DNA of 59,182 nt, filler included, from Asterionella formosa (taxonomy: Eukaryota), in assembly GCA_002256025.1 (NCBI GenBank). It is 5 parts of 5 records of this genome, joined end to end, with 100 filler letters (N's around TTAATTAATTAA, not from the genome) between each part and the next. Parts side by side here need not be neighbours in the genome. Positions count along the whole stretch, not along the records: positions 23,752 to 35,503 come from NKIB01008185.1; positions 35,604 to 47,348 come from NKIB01008199.1; 3 more parts are not named here. The stretch is one strand, 5' to 3'. Shown here one piece after another: positions 23,652 to 36,075 of the stretch. The position numbers and the translations under genes are program-made. The notes under the pieces are model-generated. The model worked only from the letters and a program-made list of their open reading frames with translations. It ran no database searches and was not told the DNA's origin. Numbering within the stretch: the stretch's first letter is position 1; each line of letters starts with the position of its first letter.

Positions 23652-23751
23652 NNNNNNNNNNNNNNNNNNNNNNNNNNNNNNNNNNNNNNNNNNNNTTAAT
23701 TAATTAANNNNNNNNNNNNNNNNNNNNNNNNNNNNNNNNNNNNNNNNNNNN
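23652..23751. other. Artificial contig spacer
   Basis: N44-TTAATTAATTAA-N44. Confidence 0.98.
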
Positions 23752-24978
23752 TCAGATGATGATCTGTTTCAGCGTTTCCGAGAAACAGGATATTTGTGGC
23801 TCAACAAGATGAGAGCGAAGCGAACCTCCAACACAAGTAATAACATTCATTCATTTCTACATCGACACGCCGCCACGTGTCGAACGCACTGGTCTGTGGA
23901 GAATCGAGGGGACTACGAAACAGAACAACAATTGATGGAGCCAACGTCCATAAAGGACTTGGTAGATAGATTTTATGTCTCTACCATTATTCACAAGACA
24001 GACGTGCTGGCACTTGAAGATCTCCTCGCCTTGACACTTCCTCGCCCCCCACTACCAACTGCAATACACAATGGAGGAGCTTGGCTTTTTGTTGGAAAGA
24101 CGAAATGCTCTGGTGGAAACTCGAAACGCAAGCGGTCTTTGTATGCAATGATTGGACGGGCGGAACATGTGGACGACGTAACTCATTCCGGCACTTGGCA
24201 CTACCAACAATCAGGCGACAAAGTGTGGTACATACGACCCAATAAGACGTTGTGGGATTTAGGTGAAGTTCCAGACATCAGTAAATCTAGTTTAGCCGAG
24301 CAAACGGAAAAATTAACTTGGCGATTGAAAGTGAAGGTTCAAGAAGGGGACATCTTTATTCTCAATACGCGCATTTGGTTTCACCACACTGAATTGGAAG
24401 AATCTAACAGCGATTGGTCCATAAGTATTGCACGAGATTTCTATCTACCGCTTCCTTGTCCACAGAATACAAAAGAAGGGGACATTATTTTGGAAGAGGA
24501 CGATATACCTACTGACATTCCTCGTAGTGATGCACCAAATTGTGCCCTCGCCGAAGTCGAATTCGACGAGACCGGGGAGTGCAGTATCGTACTGATTGCC
24601 ATTTCCGATGGCATTAAAAAGGGCGATACTCTATTTATTGCCGAAGATAATGTTGAAGGAGAGTATAATGGAGCTGAATCGATAGACCCTAGAGCTTTGG
24701 CTGTTGAGTGTTTTGGAGTAGGCGATGTCGTACTTCGCGGTGAAGAAATCCCAGATGACTTACCTAGAAGCTTGGACCCAACCTGCGCGCTCGTTTTGGA
24801 CCAAAAAGATGAAGCAATTCTTCGGGCACTGGTACCTATCGAACCGGGCCATGTATTTTCGATCTTGCCAGATGATGGTGAAGACTACGACGAAGTAGAA
24901 GTTGCTCTTGAAACCGGGGAATTAAAAAGATGTGATGCAATTATCTACCGTGATGAAAGCAGATCATCTGATTTTTGA
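23752..24978 (+). CDS. JmjC/cupin-like oxygenase fused to two minimal SET-like modules, 5' truncated
   Basis: Frame open from the contig edge. AWLFVG...AEHVDD..HSGTWHYQQSGDKVWYIRP...VQEGDIFILNTRIWFHHT (HxD...H), then two units of GD(I/V)(I/V)...PRSxxP(N/T)CAL...LxAxxxIxxGxx(L/F). Confidence 0.8.
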   Translation, partial: SDDDLFQRFRETGYLWLNKMRAKRTSNTSNNIHSFLHRHAATCRTHWSVENRGDYETEQQLMEPTSIKDLVDRFYVSTIIHKTDVLALEDLLALTLPRPPLPTAIHNGGAWLFVGKTKCSGGNSKRKRSLYAMIGRAEHVDDVTHSGTWHYQQSGDKVWYIRPNKTLWDLGEVPDISKSSLAEQTEKLTWRLKVKVQEGDIFILNTRIWFHHTELEESNSDWSISIARDFYLPLPCPQNTKEGDIILEEDDIPTDIPRSDAPNCALAEVEFDETGECSIVLIAISDGIKKGDTLFIAEDNVEGEYNGAESIDPRALAVECFGVGDVVLRGEEIPDDLPRSLDPTCALVLDQKDEAILRALVPIEPGHVFSILPDDGEDYDEVEVALETGELKRCDAIIYRDESRSSDF

Positions 24979-26206
24979 TGCACACGCCCAGATTATGTTT
25001 GCAAATTATTTTCAGAGAGCTAGTAAGGGATCAGACCATTTCCAGAAGTTTTGATTTTCTGTGACGAAGGATTAGCCCGTCAATCCACCAGTAGTCATTG
25101 CAATTGTCTCGGCACCGCGGCCAAATGACCCTCTTTGGCAAAATCTCAGTTGACGATTAGCAAAGTTGTTGCATATCCGCTCATTTCGATGATCTGACTT
25201 TGGTATCAAATTTCACGTTTCTTTGAAGAATTTATCTTATGCTGTGGTATACTGCATGCCTTCTGGGACTTGTTTTTGGAAAAACGTGCGTGGCTGCAGC
25301 CATGCCCTTTCGTTACAAGGAGAACCTATATTATTATTATTGTTACCATCTTTTCTCAGGCTAGCTTTCTTCTTGTCATGGATTTAGCCACGAGTATAAC
25401 ATCTCCATTGCATTTATTTCTACTCCAACCAAATCGATAAAAAATGTGCAGCTGCACCTCAAGGTGTGGTCAGTCTTTGGTTCGAGGGACATAGCAAATT
25501 CAATGAGAGAGACATTGTGTCGTTTTGCAACTCTCGTGTTGACCAACAGTTTCCAGCACCAGATGTAGTTGTTTGGTCTTCCATCAACTATGAAAAGGCC
25601 GCTCAAAAGTAACTCGAGAATTGGTCCATTTAATTTCATTCATACACCATCATATGCCAATGCAGGGCTAGGGGAGTTGTACATGTAGTGTAGCAACACA
25701 GTTTTCATGACTGAATCCAAGCAATCACTATAGCTGCAATCTTAAATTCATTCCTTCTTTCGGTACCCAATCAATGTGATGTTGTAAGATTTTGCATTTA
25801 GAATCCACGGTAACATCAACAGAGCCTTCTTTAGGTACCAATTGGCAAGTGCAAGACGGCCAGAATCTTGAGGGGCAATATAGTTTTGAGGCCAGTCAGG
25901 AGGACGCGAATTGTCATTCCTAGTTTTCTCGCTTTCACTGTGCAGTACCATGAAGTAGTGAACAGACGCGTATGACAATATTCCAAACATCAAAGGGAGC
26001 CACTCTGCAGTTTTCATAACAAATTCACTGGATGGTAATCTTGCTGCCTGACGATATGAAAAAAAGACAAGGGTGTAGACTTACAACTTACATGAACAAA
26101 AATTGACATTTTAGACATTCTTATAAATATGATTACAAGACTGTAAAAAACTAGGATGATGCAAGCCTCTGACGATTTCATGGCCACTCCTGTATTCCTG
26201 GATGGG

Positions 26207-26692
26207 CTATCTAGCTTCTCGCTTCTCTGGTTCTGATGACATGCTTTCCAATCCTTGAACATTAGGCCAGTCCCTCCACTTGGGGGCAAGATTTCGGACA
26301 TCTTTCACATCCTTGATTCCAGTCAGAAAAGCTCCGATCTGGTCCAATTCACGGTCGGCAGGGTCGTCAATAAACGACGAGCAATCAATCGCATTTTCGG
26401 GATGAAATATGTAGGAACTAGGGGAGTTGTCCACAATAATAGCCTGGGTCAAATCTCTGTCTATCAGACTCATGTCTTTGACATAGTTTCCTTCGTAGTA
26501 GACACAGGATTCACGGAAAAGTCGAGCTCGGATAACGCGCTGAGGATCTAGGAGATCTAAAAGTGGATCCGCGTATTTGTTCAGACTGGCAGTGTACACA
26601 ACAATCTCGTAGTGTTTTGACATTTCAACGAGAAACTTATCGACACCTGGTCTTTTGGCGACATAGACAAAGTGGACAACGTCTTCGATCTG

Positions 26693-26726
<34 letters not shown>

Positions 26727-28061
26727 TTTTTTTATTTTTTTTTTTGGGGTGCTCGGAAGCTTGAGTGTACCAGCGTCTCATCTAAATCCAACACCAAGCA
26801 TTTCTTCCCGACATCATCTGGATGATGCGCTGGTAGGAGCTTGATTCGATTTTCTTCCTTGTCTTCAGTCGCAGCAATTGTCGGTGAAGGTGGGTCAAGT
26901 TCATCTTTAGAATGGTTTCGTCCATCTTTAGCGACAACAGCAGTGTTTTCATCAGGAAGCAGGCAACAGCACATTAAACGAATGCTGTCCAGCAGTGTTT
27001 CACAAGGATCGACATCGATATGATCATCATCAGGTTCACCCGCTGGTTCATCCTTTTTATGGGCAGATTCAATTGCGGCAGCTGATCGAGGTGTTGATGC
27101 ATTGCCATAGCGGTCAGTTTGCGTTATAAAATCCGGCACAGGAGCTCCTTCCGAAGCATGTCTCGGGGTCTTCTCCGCGCCAGGAGAGCGCAAATCAGAC
27201 GACCCTCTTACTCCAACAGGAGTGGTCGAAACAGTGGGCGTCGACTTCATGGTGTGCGGAGTTCCATTTTGTTGTTTCGCGGATTTCAAGTCCTGCGTGT
27301 TAACTTTCAAAGACGGCTTTCTTCTCGAAGACTCCCCGGAATCCGAGGCTTGATCTACCATAGCTGGCTTCACTCTGCGTCGCCTCGTCTTGGAAAGACC
27401 AGTGACGGATTCCTTCTCCCGTGTTTTATCTTGCGGAGTGCCGGCCGCTTTTTCCCTGCCTATATCAACGTAAGTGATTCTGTAATGTCGACGACTCTTT
27501 CTCTCTGTAACGGTTCTTGTGCTGCGTTGAGGTGCTAGATCTGTCGGACCTATCACATTAACATACAAGCAAAACGAGCCCAGGTTAGAAGCTGTGAGGA
27601 AACCACGATCAAAGGAGAGTTCAAAGCATACGCAGAAACGGCAAGCAAGGCGAACGCAGGAGTGGTGCTAAAAGCGCTGGATCAAAACTTGGTGAATGTA
27701 TATACCGGTATGCATCATGAATACAAAGTCTCGTACATAGATACAGGTGTAATCCACTGCGATATATTGCAAGATTTCGGCACTCAACGTCTGCTAGCCG
27801 GCGTGCGTGCATGGCCAATCCAATAACATGTCAAGAAAACATTGCCCATGATGAGCGCCGTGATAGCGATCAAGACAAATGCGTTGTACATGGCTTCTGC
27901 TCTTCGCACAAACTCATCTAAAGATTTGAAATCATATCCCCGTTCAAGAAGATTAATATACTTTGATGCTGATTCTCCCTTTCCTTCCCTTCAAAACCCC
28001 ATTGACCAAGCAAATCGTTCACAACAATCTTCCAATAATGCGACCTTTGCTTACCTGACAT
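26207..28061 (-). CDS. CTD small phosphatase-like protein (SCP/Psr1/NIF, HAD family)
   Basis: KKCLVLDLDETLVHSSF, YVAKRPGVDKFL, YEIVVYTASLNKYADPLLDLLD, LFRESC..YEGNYVKD, IIVDNSP.SY.FHPENA; CCC motif upstream. Proposed first exon ATGTCAG (28061-28055) spliced by a GTAAG...ATAG intron (28054-27550); this part is less certain. Sequence is corrupted at 26695-26749. Confidence 0.92.
26695..26749. other. Probable sequencing/assembly artefact (G31 plus T run) inside the phosphatase
   Basis: Homopolymers replace about ten expected conserved residues between HSSFRA and QIEDVVHF and shift the frame. Confidence 0.75.
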
Positions 28062-28824
28062 GATATGAACGTTTATGAATCGAATGCACTGCTACTGAGT
28101 GGCTCGATTCAATATACCTTCCTTGCTGAAACTCTTTATTAAACGTCGTCGATCACAATAAGAGACTTTCTTTGGAGGCAAATCATTATTCGTTCTCAAT
28201 TACTTCTAGCACCACATCAGTACCGGCATGTATGTTCGGCAGTCGAATTGCTGCGTGCACGCTGACAATGAAGGAATTAGCACACATTTATATGAAGGGG
28301 GCGGAGTATCCAGGGGAGTTGAATATCGAAGTTTCTTGCCAACGCCTCGTTTGAATGTATTCGTGACCTTATATGTATATATATTTCAATTTTTGTATCC
28401 AACATTCCAATTTTTCATGTGTTTGAGCATTGCGTTGTCCTTTAATCATGACTTGAATTCGGCGATGTAAAATCTTCAGATATCGATATCAATCATATAT
28501 TCGATTGGACTGTATGACCCGGGACCTGTCCGGCGTAGAGACTAAAAAGTCCACAACCTGTACGGTAAATTCCATGTTTGTACCGGTATGACATTACTCA
28601 AATTCAAAACCATATCTTCATTGATGGGGGGTCACAGCAGTTTTTCGGTTGAGCTATGGACAGTAATGCGTATAGCCAACGTTCTGGTTGTATGGTGAGA
28701 GTACAAGGTACCTGGTACCAGTATGTAAAATGATTTTACCGTATGTCAGACACTACCGGTATATCACTATCTTAACTGTTACAACCCTCAACGGTCAACA
28801 ACGGTCCACAGTCCAGTATCTGGA

Positions 28825-29066
28825 GAAGTATCTAACTGTAGCTAGTAGCTAGTATTTGTTGAACAACGGTACCAGGTACCCTGGTACCAGTATATGCGCT
28901 TTTCAGTTAATCCTTGTGTACAACTCGTTCTCCTACATAGGTTGACACTAAAGTAGTATTCAATAGAGGTGTTGGTCGAGATCTCTCCTGATAGAGTTCT
29001 GATATGATCTATGTAACCCTAACCCTATAGGGTACATGCAGTTGAGCGGAATTGCTCACTCTCCCA
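28825..29066 (-). repeat. Isolated copy of the Gypsy 5' leader/LTR-like region
   Basis: AGTTAATCCTTGTGTACAACTC.TTCTCCTA...GTCGAG.TCTCTCCTGATAGA.TTCTGAT...AGTTGAGCG shared with 31190-31363 and, inverted and more diverged, with 52805-53010. Confidence 0.8.
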
Positions 29067-29479
29067 CACTAAAGTGGATTCTTGACTGTAATTATCCTGT
29101 AAATAACAAATGTTATCCAGGTGATGACTGACATGAGACACATTCAATGTTTTGTCATACAGGACAATAAAACCAATCAAACAACGGAATAGTGGGCAAG
29201 TTCAGAGTGACACTAACAGCAGGGAAAGAGATGCGACATTAGGCACTGCCTGACACAAGATTCAGAACAGAGGAAGAAAAGGCCAAGGCAGGAACAATAT
29301 AAATTGAGACAAGTGGAGAGAGAAACATGGGGTAGCCGTAGAATCATAGATATCATTGCTAACATTTGATAATTATATTACGATCCATTTCAAGCTATTT
29401 TGAACAATGCTTGTGATTAGAATTATGATCATGTTTAAGATAGATATACGATGAAACAATTCACATGATAGCATAGACT

Positions 29480-29785
29480 TGCGCTAATACGTTGTAGTAA
29501 CAGTTTATATTTGGCGATCACGAGAAGTGAAAATAAAATGAGAAGTTTTATGATATTGATAAGAAATGTTGTTGATCAGTTGATATACATAGTATGATGA
29601 TAATGTTCTTATTATCATCATGCTTCAAGCTCGGTAAAATATTAATAAATCATCATAGTTATAGGATACATTGATCATAGTTTTGATCCAAAAACTATCA
29701 TATATGTGAAAATCCTGTGCCACTAAGCGTACGATACCCTTGATCCTATATGCATGCATGATAATTTTTTTGCAGACGACACGAC
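29480..29785. repeat. Dispersed AT-rich repeat, second copy at ~55995-56205
   Basis: Shared blocks ATGTTGTTGATCAGTTGATATACAT and AAATCCTGTGCCACT.AGCGTAC...CCCTTGATCCTATATGCATG. Confidence 0.85.
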
Positions 29786-29829
29786 AGGGGAGCGTAAAAT
29801 TTTTTGATCCTTCCTCCTATCCTGTAGCT

Positions 29830-31363
29830 GAAGAGCATTATCCCTTGTGAAATCCCCTGTTGTTCCACCTGTTTTTGTGACCCTTTTGGGTGTTGTTTTG
29901 GGGAAGCCAGAGATCTAGGCACAGATGCCACTAGCTGACCAACAGGAGTGTTCGTGACCACTAAAAGTTCCTGGGCAGATTCATAAAATTCAGCAGGTAT
30001 GGCCCTTGGCACAGTAACCTAACCAGGCATTGTCATAGGGTTAACCCATGCATTTGTAGAAAACATGAACAGGGTTAGCTTTGTCAGTATGATAATTCAT
30101 CCTACATTGAATTTCCACGCAAGAGAAACAGGAAGTGGGTTAGCAGTGTAAGTAGTGTTAGTAATATGATAACTTGAGGGGACTTATGTTTAACCGTTGT
30201 TTCACAATTCCATGCGTGGACTGCTGCAAAATTGGCGCTTGACATGGCTGCTTGTTTTCTTGATGTGTCACATGACTGCCTTTGGCGATGCGAAGACGAT
30301 CTTTTGTTAAAAATTGACTCAAGTCACTCTTGGTTTCTTGCTGTATCCACGATTGTCTTCAGCTATATGAAGACACTCTTTTGTTAAAATTTGAGACCAG
30401 TCGTGCTTGGTTTTCTTGATACATTTCAAGATTGCCTTCAGCTGCATGAAGATTTCAAGTTAGTATGGTAAAGAATCCGTGCTTGAGCTAATCTTTGAAT
30501 GATTATGATTGACTAAACGAGTGAATGGATTGGTAAGTATTTGTTATTGTATGATTCAATTCAATCACTTGCAGCCATGCATCGTGTGCATTGGGCACAG
30601 GAACTGACAATGACAATGACGCTCCATTATTTCTTGGACAAGGTCGCTTGATCGTCTGGATGAGGCAATGTGAGTTTGAAAAATTATTTTTTTTGAGATG
30701 GTTTCCGAAGTCCATAACCAAAATGTTACAAATTTTTGACAAATACTATCAGAGCGTCCACTGACACTGACTCTCCAAGCTTTCATAAGATCAAGTAAGA
30801 TGGTGGTCCAATCACATCATCATGGCTTTTCGAAGCAAAATGTCATTTGTAGGACTGATCATAGCTATGGGTGTACTTCAACGCTCATAAAGTCAGACAA
30901 GGCGATATCTGTGAGGCATCTTTGTATTAAGCGAAGTTATCTGCTGGAATGAAGGTCCATGTGTTAGCCATAACGCAGGATTTTATGAAAGCAATCAACA
31001 AAGCTTCCACCGAGCATCCCTGGATCAAATCTTGGTCGAAAGACTCCAATTGAGCTGTTCGGTACAAAAGAAAGGTGTGAGCCTTGATGTTAAGTCTGTT
31101 GTAATCCTTGATCAATGGGACCGTTGGAACTTGAGAGTGCATCAATATTGTTAATTCTAATTTGACTCTTTTTGAATTCAAGCAAAGTGAAGTATACAAC
31201 TACTAGAAGTAGTAGTATTTGTTGATTATATGAGCTTATTAGTTAATCCTTGTGTACAACTCCTTCTCCTATGTTGACACTAAATTATTCAATAGCTGTT
31301 AGTCGAGTTCTCTCCTGATAGATTTCTGATCGGGGTATGTGTAGTTGAGCGAGATCGCTCACC
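29830..31363 (-). mobile_element. Ty3/Gypsy gag remnant with 5' leader
   Basis: MHSQVPTVPLIKDYN, ILVMDFG, IELNH and SAQELLVVTNTPVGQLV align with MYSRVPVIPLIKDCN, MLVMDFG, FELNH and SAQEISVVTNPPTGQLV at 53048-54430. Confidence 0.75.
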
Positions 31364-33181
31364 TGGTACCAGGGTACCAGTACCAGTACTATGCAGTATG
31401 TCGACTTCTTCTTCTAACTAGGTAATAGAGCAGTAAAATGATATGAATAGGTAAGAATTCCCGTTAATGCGAGCATCGCATGGAGTTAACAGCACACTGA
31501 CTTATTTGAGCACCGCCATCATTATACAAATTATGGATGACGCGAGCAAGTTTGATCATCCTTCAACAACCTTGATTCATGAAACACAGTGGTATCATGT
31601 TCTCAAAGTATTCAGATGTGGATACCAGTACTCTAGTACTCCCCCTGTTCCAGCATAGTTGCAACACGCTCAGCGACCAACCCGGCTCGATCCACATCAT
31701 TCAAAAACGCTCTCTGTTGAAGCAAAATGCATTTTCTACATGAGTTGATGCAGGCTACAGGTATGTCGGTTAGATCTGTGTACGTAGCTGAGTATAATGC
31801 AAAATAGCAATACATGTGCATCGTTTAGGGCTATTGATTTTTGTTGGCCAGTGTACTGACATGTATGCATGCGTGTAATATCAGCTATTACTACCAAAGA
31901 GATAAAAAAAAACTAAACTAATGAGGGATGCATTTTCGGACAAAATAATCGTTCTACAGACGTCGAATGCATAATTTAGCTCAAGTTTTGTGCATGCCCA
32001 GATTTATGACAAGCCTGATGGTCTCATCAGCCTCCCGTTTGAGTTTATGAATCGAGCACCAATCAGCGATTTATTATCGCTGTTCTGGAGATAATTCTTT
32101 TTTAATATGTCTATTGATTAACAAATGGTCGACGAAAGGGGTGTCGAGCCCATATCCTCTGTATCTGCCGTTCATTTGGAGTTTCAGTTCCATGTGATTA
32201 AGTTATGCTGGAGAAAAGAATGGAAGTTTCTTTCAATGGTAGATTGCGACTGCAAAGTATAGACTCAGCTGGATGACCAGTCATTTTGGCGATTTGTATT
32301 CTCGGGGCAGCATAGAAACACAATTTTTCATTAGCAGCCCCCAAGGGTGCATTCTTGAGGAAATGTTGCAATACATGAAAGTCAATATTTGGTATGGTCA
32401 GGCAACAAGTAGCTGGTTGGATTTTGATGCATGGATCAAGCATTTCAATATACTCGTTTTGGTGAGAGGTCTCATGATGCGCGCAGCTGAATTCATTGAT
32501 GATTTTGTTCACCAGTAATTGTACTTGAGCAGTAATACTACTAGTAGTATGGTGCATAGTACTAGCATTTTGTGTATTCTATGTAAAATACAAAAAGAAT
32601 TAGTATTACTAAATTGTAATGTTTGAGGAAATGAGATCAATGATTTGTCAAGACTCATGTTATTGTTGCCCTCTGCACTCAAGCTTCCAATGATCTCCTA
32701 TGAATTCACCATTGTTGTTCTTACTAGAACTAGGTTTCTAAAAAGAATTAAAGCAACCAAGCCAGTCCTTTAAAGGGTCATTGAAACCAAAAACATGCAT
32801 TTTGGACTTTGCATTTCTTCACTTGAGATTTTATAGTTATTAAGTTTTAATGACTATGTATTGTTGTTAAGGATTATCGTCACCTAGTAGTTTTTAAGCG
32901 ATGAAATGATGGAAAGCAAACAACGATAAGGGGACGAGATCTTTACAATTAAAGCAACAACGATGAGACAAATCTATTTTGATGCAAATATTAATTATAT
33001 TTATAATTGGAACAATATTTTGTTCTCCTACTAACCCTTACCCTAGACTCCTCCGCCATTTTAGCATCTGAAGTGAAATTCTAATCGTTGTCTGCAATTT
33101 CTAATCGTTGTCAGCAGATTTCTAGTCGTATGTAGTCACCAATTGGCTGGATCAGTACTCGTAAACAAAAGAGTCATTTTG

Positions 33182-33212
33182 AAAATATCAATTAAATATT
33201 AATTGATATTTT
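33182..33212. repeat. Perfect AT-rich hairpin (14-bp arms, 3-nt loop)
   Basis: AAAATATCAATTAA-ATA-TTAATTGATATTTT. Confidence 0.8.
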
Positions 33213-35503
33213 TGAAATAGAGAATCAAACAAAATTTGGTTCGACCTACAGATTACCGTAGTGTAGAGTGTTGCATACTGTGAAAGTGTCAAATCTGTTC
33301 GTATCACCATTGTTCTGAGTTGCGCATCTATAAATTACATTAAAAAATGCGCCATCGGAGACTTCCCTTTTCGTTGTCAATAATAGTGTAATTAAAATAA
33401 TTCTTTTTTGATTGTATTTTCTACGTTGTGCTTAACATATGTATCAAATAGCAAAGCGTCCTCCTCGTTCTCATTTTTCATGGAGATATACGTTAATTTT
33501 CGTCATGGTCAAGGCTGAGACGACATGATAAGGAATTCTCCAGCCGCTCATGACGACTACACTGTAGTGATTTATGTAGAGAGAAACAAATCGCAACATC
33601 GAGGCTAAAAAATTAATAATAATATAATAGCCGCGTCCACAAAGGGATACTTTGGGTACCACTTAAAAACTGTAAGTCATCGTTATTTTACTCCATCTTC
33701 CGACTAAAATATATTCAAGTAATATTGCAATCGAAACCTGATGCAAGTACGAAGTGTATGTTACACGATGCACTCTATTCTACGAAGAAGTAATCAGATT
33801 CGATTCATTGTATAAAGCCATAAAGATCTTTTTTTTCAAAGTCATTAAGATTGTTGCATAGCGGTGGCTTACAGTGAATATTTTTCTAGTATCCATACAT
33901 GATTATATGTTCACCCCAAACCGTGATTTTTTAAACTCCGTTTATTCTACAGAAATTCTTTTCGTATTACTTTACCTTTTTGCGCGATACAGTATGCTTT
34001 TTGCGCTTGCATCATCACCGAATTCTTCTGATGCATTGCATACTATGTTTATTGTATTGGCAAGGCTATTAGAGGGTGGTGGTTGTGTCTGTTAATGTAA
34101 ATACCACTACTTCATAAGCATGACAAGTGTCATTCAGAAAATCTATTCGTATTTGCAAGTTCTAGTCTTAGTCAGCAAATTCTAGTTGTCATTGTCAGCA
34201 AGTTCTCAACATAGAAAGAGATTATTTTTATTGTATTCTGAAGCTAGAAGACGGTCGCTGAACCGGTTCATCAGTGAGCAAATCCAAGTCGTGTTCAGCC
34301 ACTGATTCTGCAAATCGTCATCGGTCAATAAGAGTGACCGAATTTACTTCGACACAATTATCATCGCGTCTGATTCTCTTTCTCCAAATGTAGCTAGTAG
34401 GTAGCTAGCAGTGCTTCATGCTGCTCCATATGTACTTTGCTGGAATGACTAATACAAACCATAGAATAATAGAACAGCGAGCCAATAATAAATCAAAATA
34501 GCGTTAATCTTTGCTGTGGGAGGGATTTAGGGTGGTTGATTCATACTATAAATTGCGAAAGGCTTGCGATGTCTAGACTGCTTCTTTGAATCGGCTTCAA
34601 AAGAATTGTGTGCTTCACCACCCCTCTATTCATTTACTGATGATAAACTGGCGTGGTTGTCCTCTTTCTCCCTTGCCTTAGCTGACGACTCTTCGTTGTT
34701 CGATTCAACTCTAAAGGTAGTAGATTTTAATATTCGCGTTGTCGCTTCTTAATCTATCAGCTTCGACCCCTTCGATTCAAACGCATGAGATATACCGGTA
34801 TTTGTATTACGGTGCTTGTGTGGCATGATGGCCCATCGCGTCCTTCCTTGTTTGTAATATAAAGTTTTCCTAAATTACTTAAGGAACATTATTTCCATCG
34901 AAAACTGGCCTATCTCGTCCTGCAGGCATAGGACAATTCATTGGGAGTAGTGAGTCGGGGAGTGAGTCAAGACTGAAAAGGTGCGCATAAAACGTTCGTT
35001 ACCAGGCCTTCATTGGTACTCCCTCTGTCCAATATTAAGTTGCATTGATTCGCCGGCACCACAAGTTTCTTTAATGTTCGCATATGAAGGATTACGTAGC
35101 AAATATACCATCTGTCTACAAGCGGATCGGCGTTCTCGAAAAAACCTTTTTTATGAGTTACATAGACGTGAACATACGCTCTGTTTTTGTAATTAAATTA
35201 TTGAAATCTGAATAAATTAATCCAAACCAGTTTAAATGAGTATATTAAATTCCGTATATGTACATATCGCCAAATGCTGTTTTACATTGGCTGGCCACTC
35301 AAATATTTGCGGGAAACCAAATACAACAAGCCACTATCATAATTATAACATGAATAGAATAATTGTCGTTCGGTATACTTTCTACGGTTGTTGCACCTAC
35401 ATGGACCATACTGCCGGATATTTAACCGTTACAATCCTCAAAACGAGCATACCGTCGTTTCTTCCTTCCCATCATCGCCACTTTTGGGGTTGTGAATTCC
35501 ATA

Positions 35504-35603
35504 NNNNNNNNNNNNNNNNNNNNNNNNNNNNNNNNNNNNNNNNNNNNTTAATTAATTAANNNNNNNNNNNNNNNNNNNNNNNNNNNNNNNNNNNNNNNNN
35601 NNN
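35504..35603. other. Artificial contig spacer
   Basis: N44-TTAATTAATTAA-N44. Confidence 0.98.
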
Positions 35604-36075
35604 ATCTAGCAGGAAGGCTAGAAGCAGAGACAAGAGAGAAAGTGAGTGGTACTAGGTAGTACTACGATCACGTAAGAGTCTACGTGAAGAGAGACCCAAC
35701 CCGCGGGAAGGAGTACGGACCATTTCAACAGGGGAGGCCACCACACGACCAAGTCTGTACTGTACCTCGATGGCTGGTACCGGTACCAACTTGATACTCC
35801 AGGTACCACACTTTTTACTGGCTACGCGGTACAGCCGTGCAGTAACTGGTACTCGGGACTATGCCTACGGTATTTGTATTCCAAGGAATGTCAACCCCGC
35901 CGGTTTTGGGCGCTGATATATGTCGACAAGCAACAAAGTAAAATCAACGGCCTTGACATCATTCCATGAACAAAACCCGTGCACCACTTATCTTCAGGCA
36001 GTGATTTCATCCTTCGTATAGTCTTATTTCATGTCCTCAAGTTTAAGCTATACCTTCTCCAATCCTCAGAAAGCT

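Noticed and set aside
25000..26017. Possible decayed membrane-anchored enzyme gene on the minus strand
   Set aside because: Short ORFs with many stops and no motif I can assign.
26563..26844. Poly-Gly and poly-Pro ORFs, or a G-quadruplex
   Set aside because: Products of the probable poly-G artefact.
31440..32560. Coding-like fragments on the plus strand
   Set aside because: Could not be joined into a credible gene or matched to a family.
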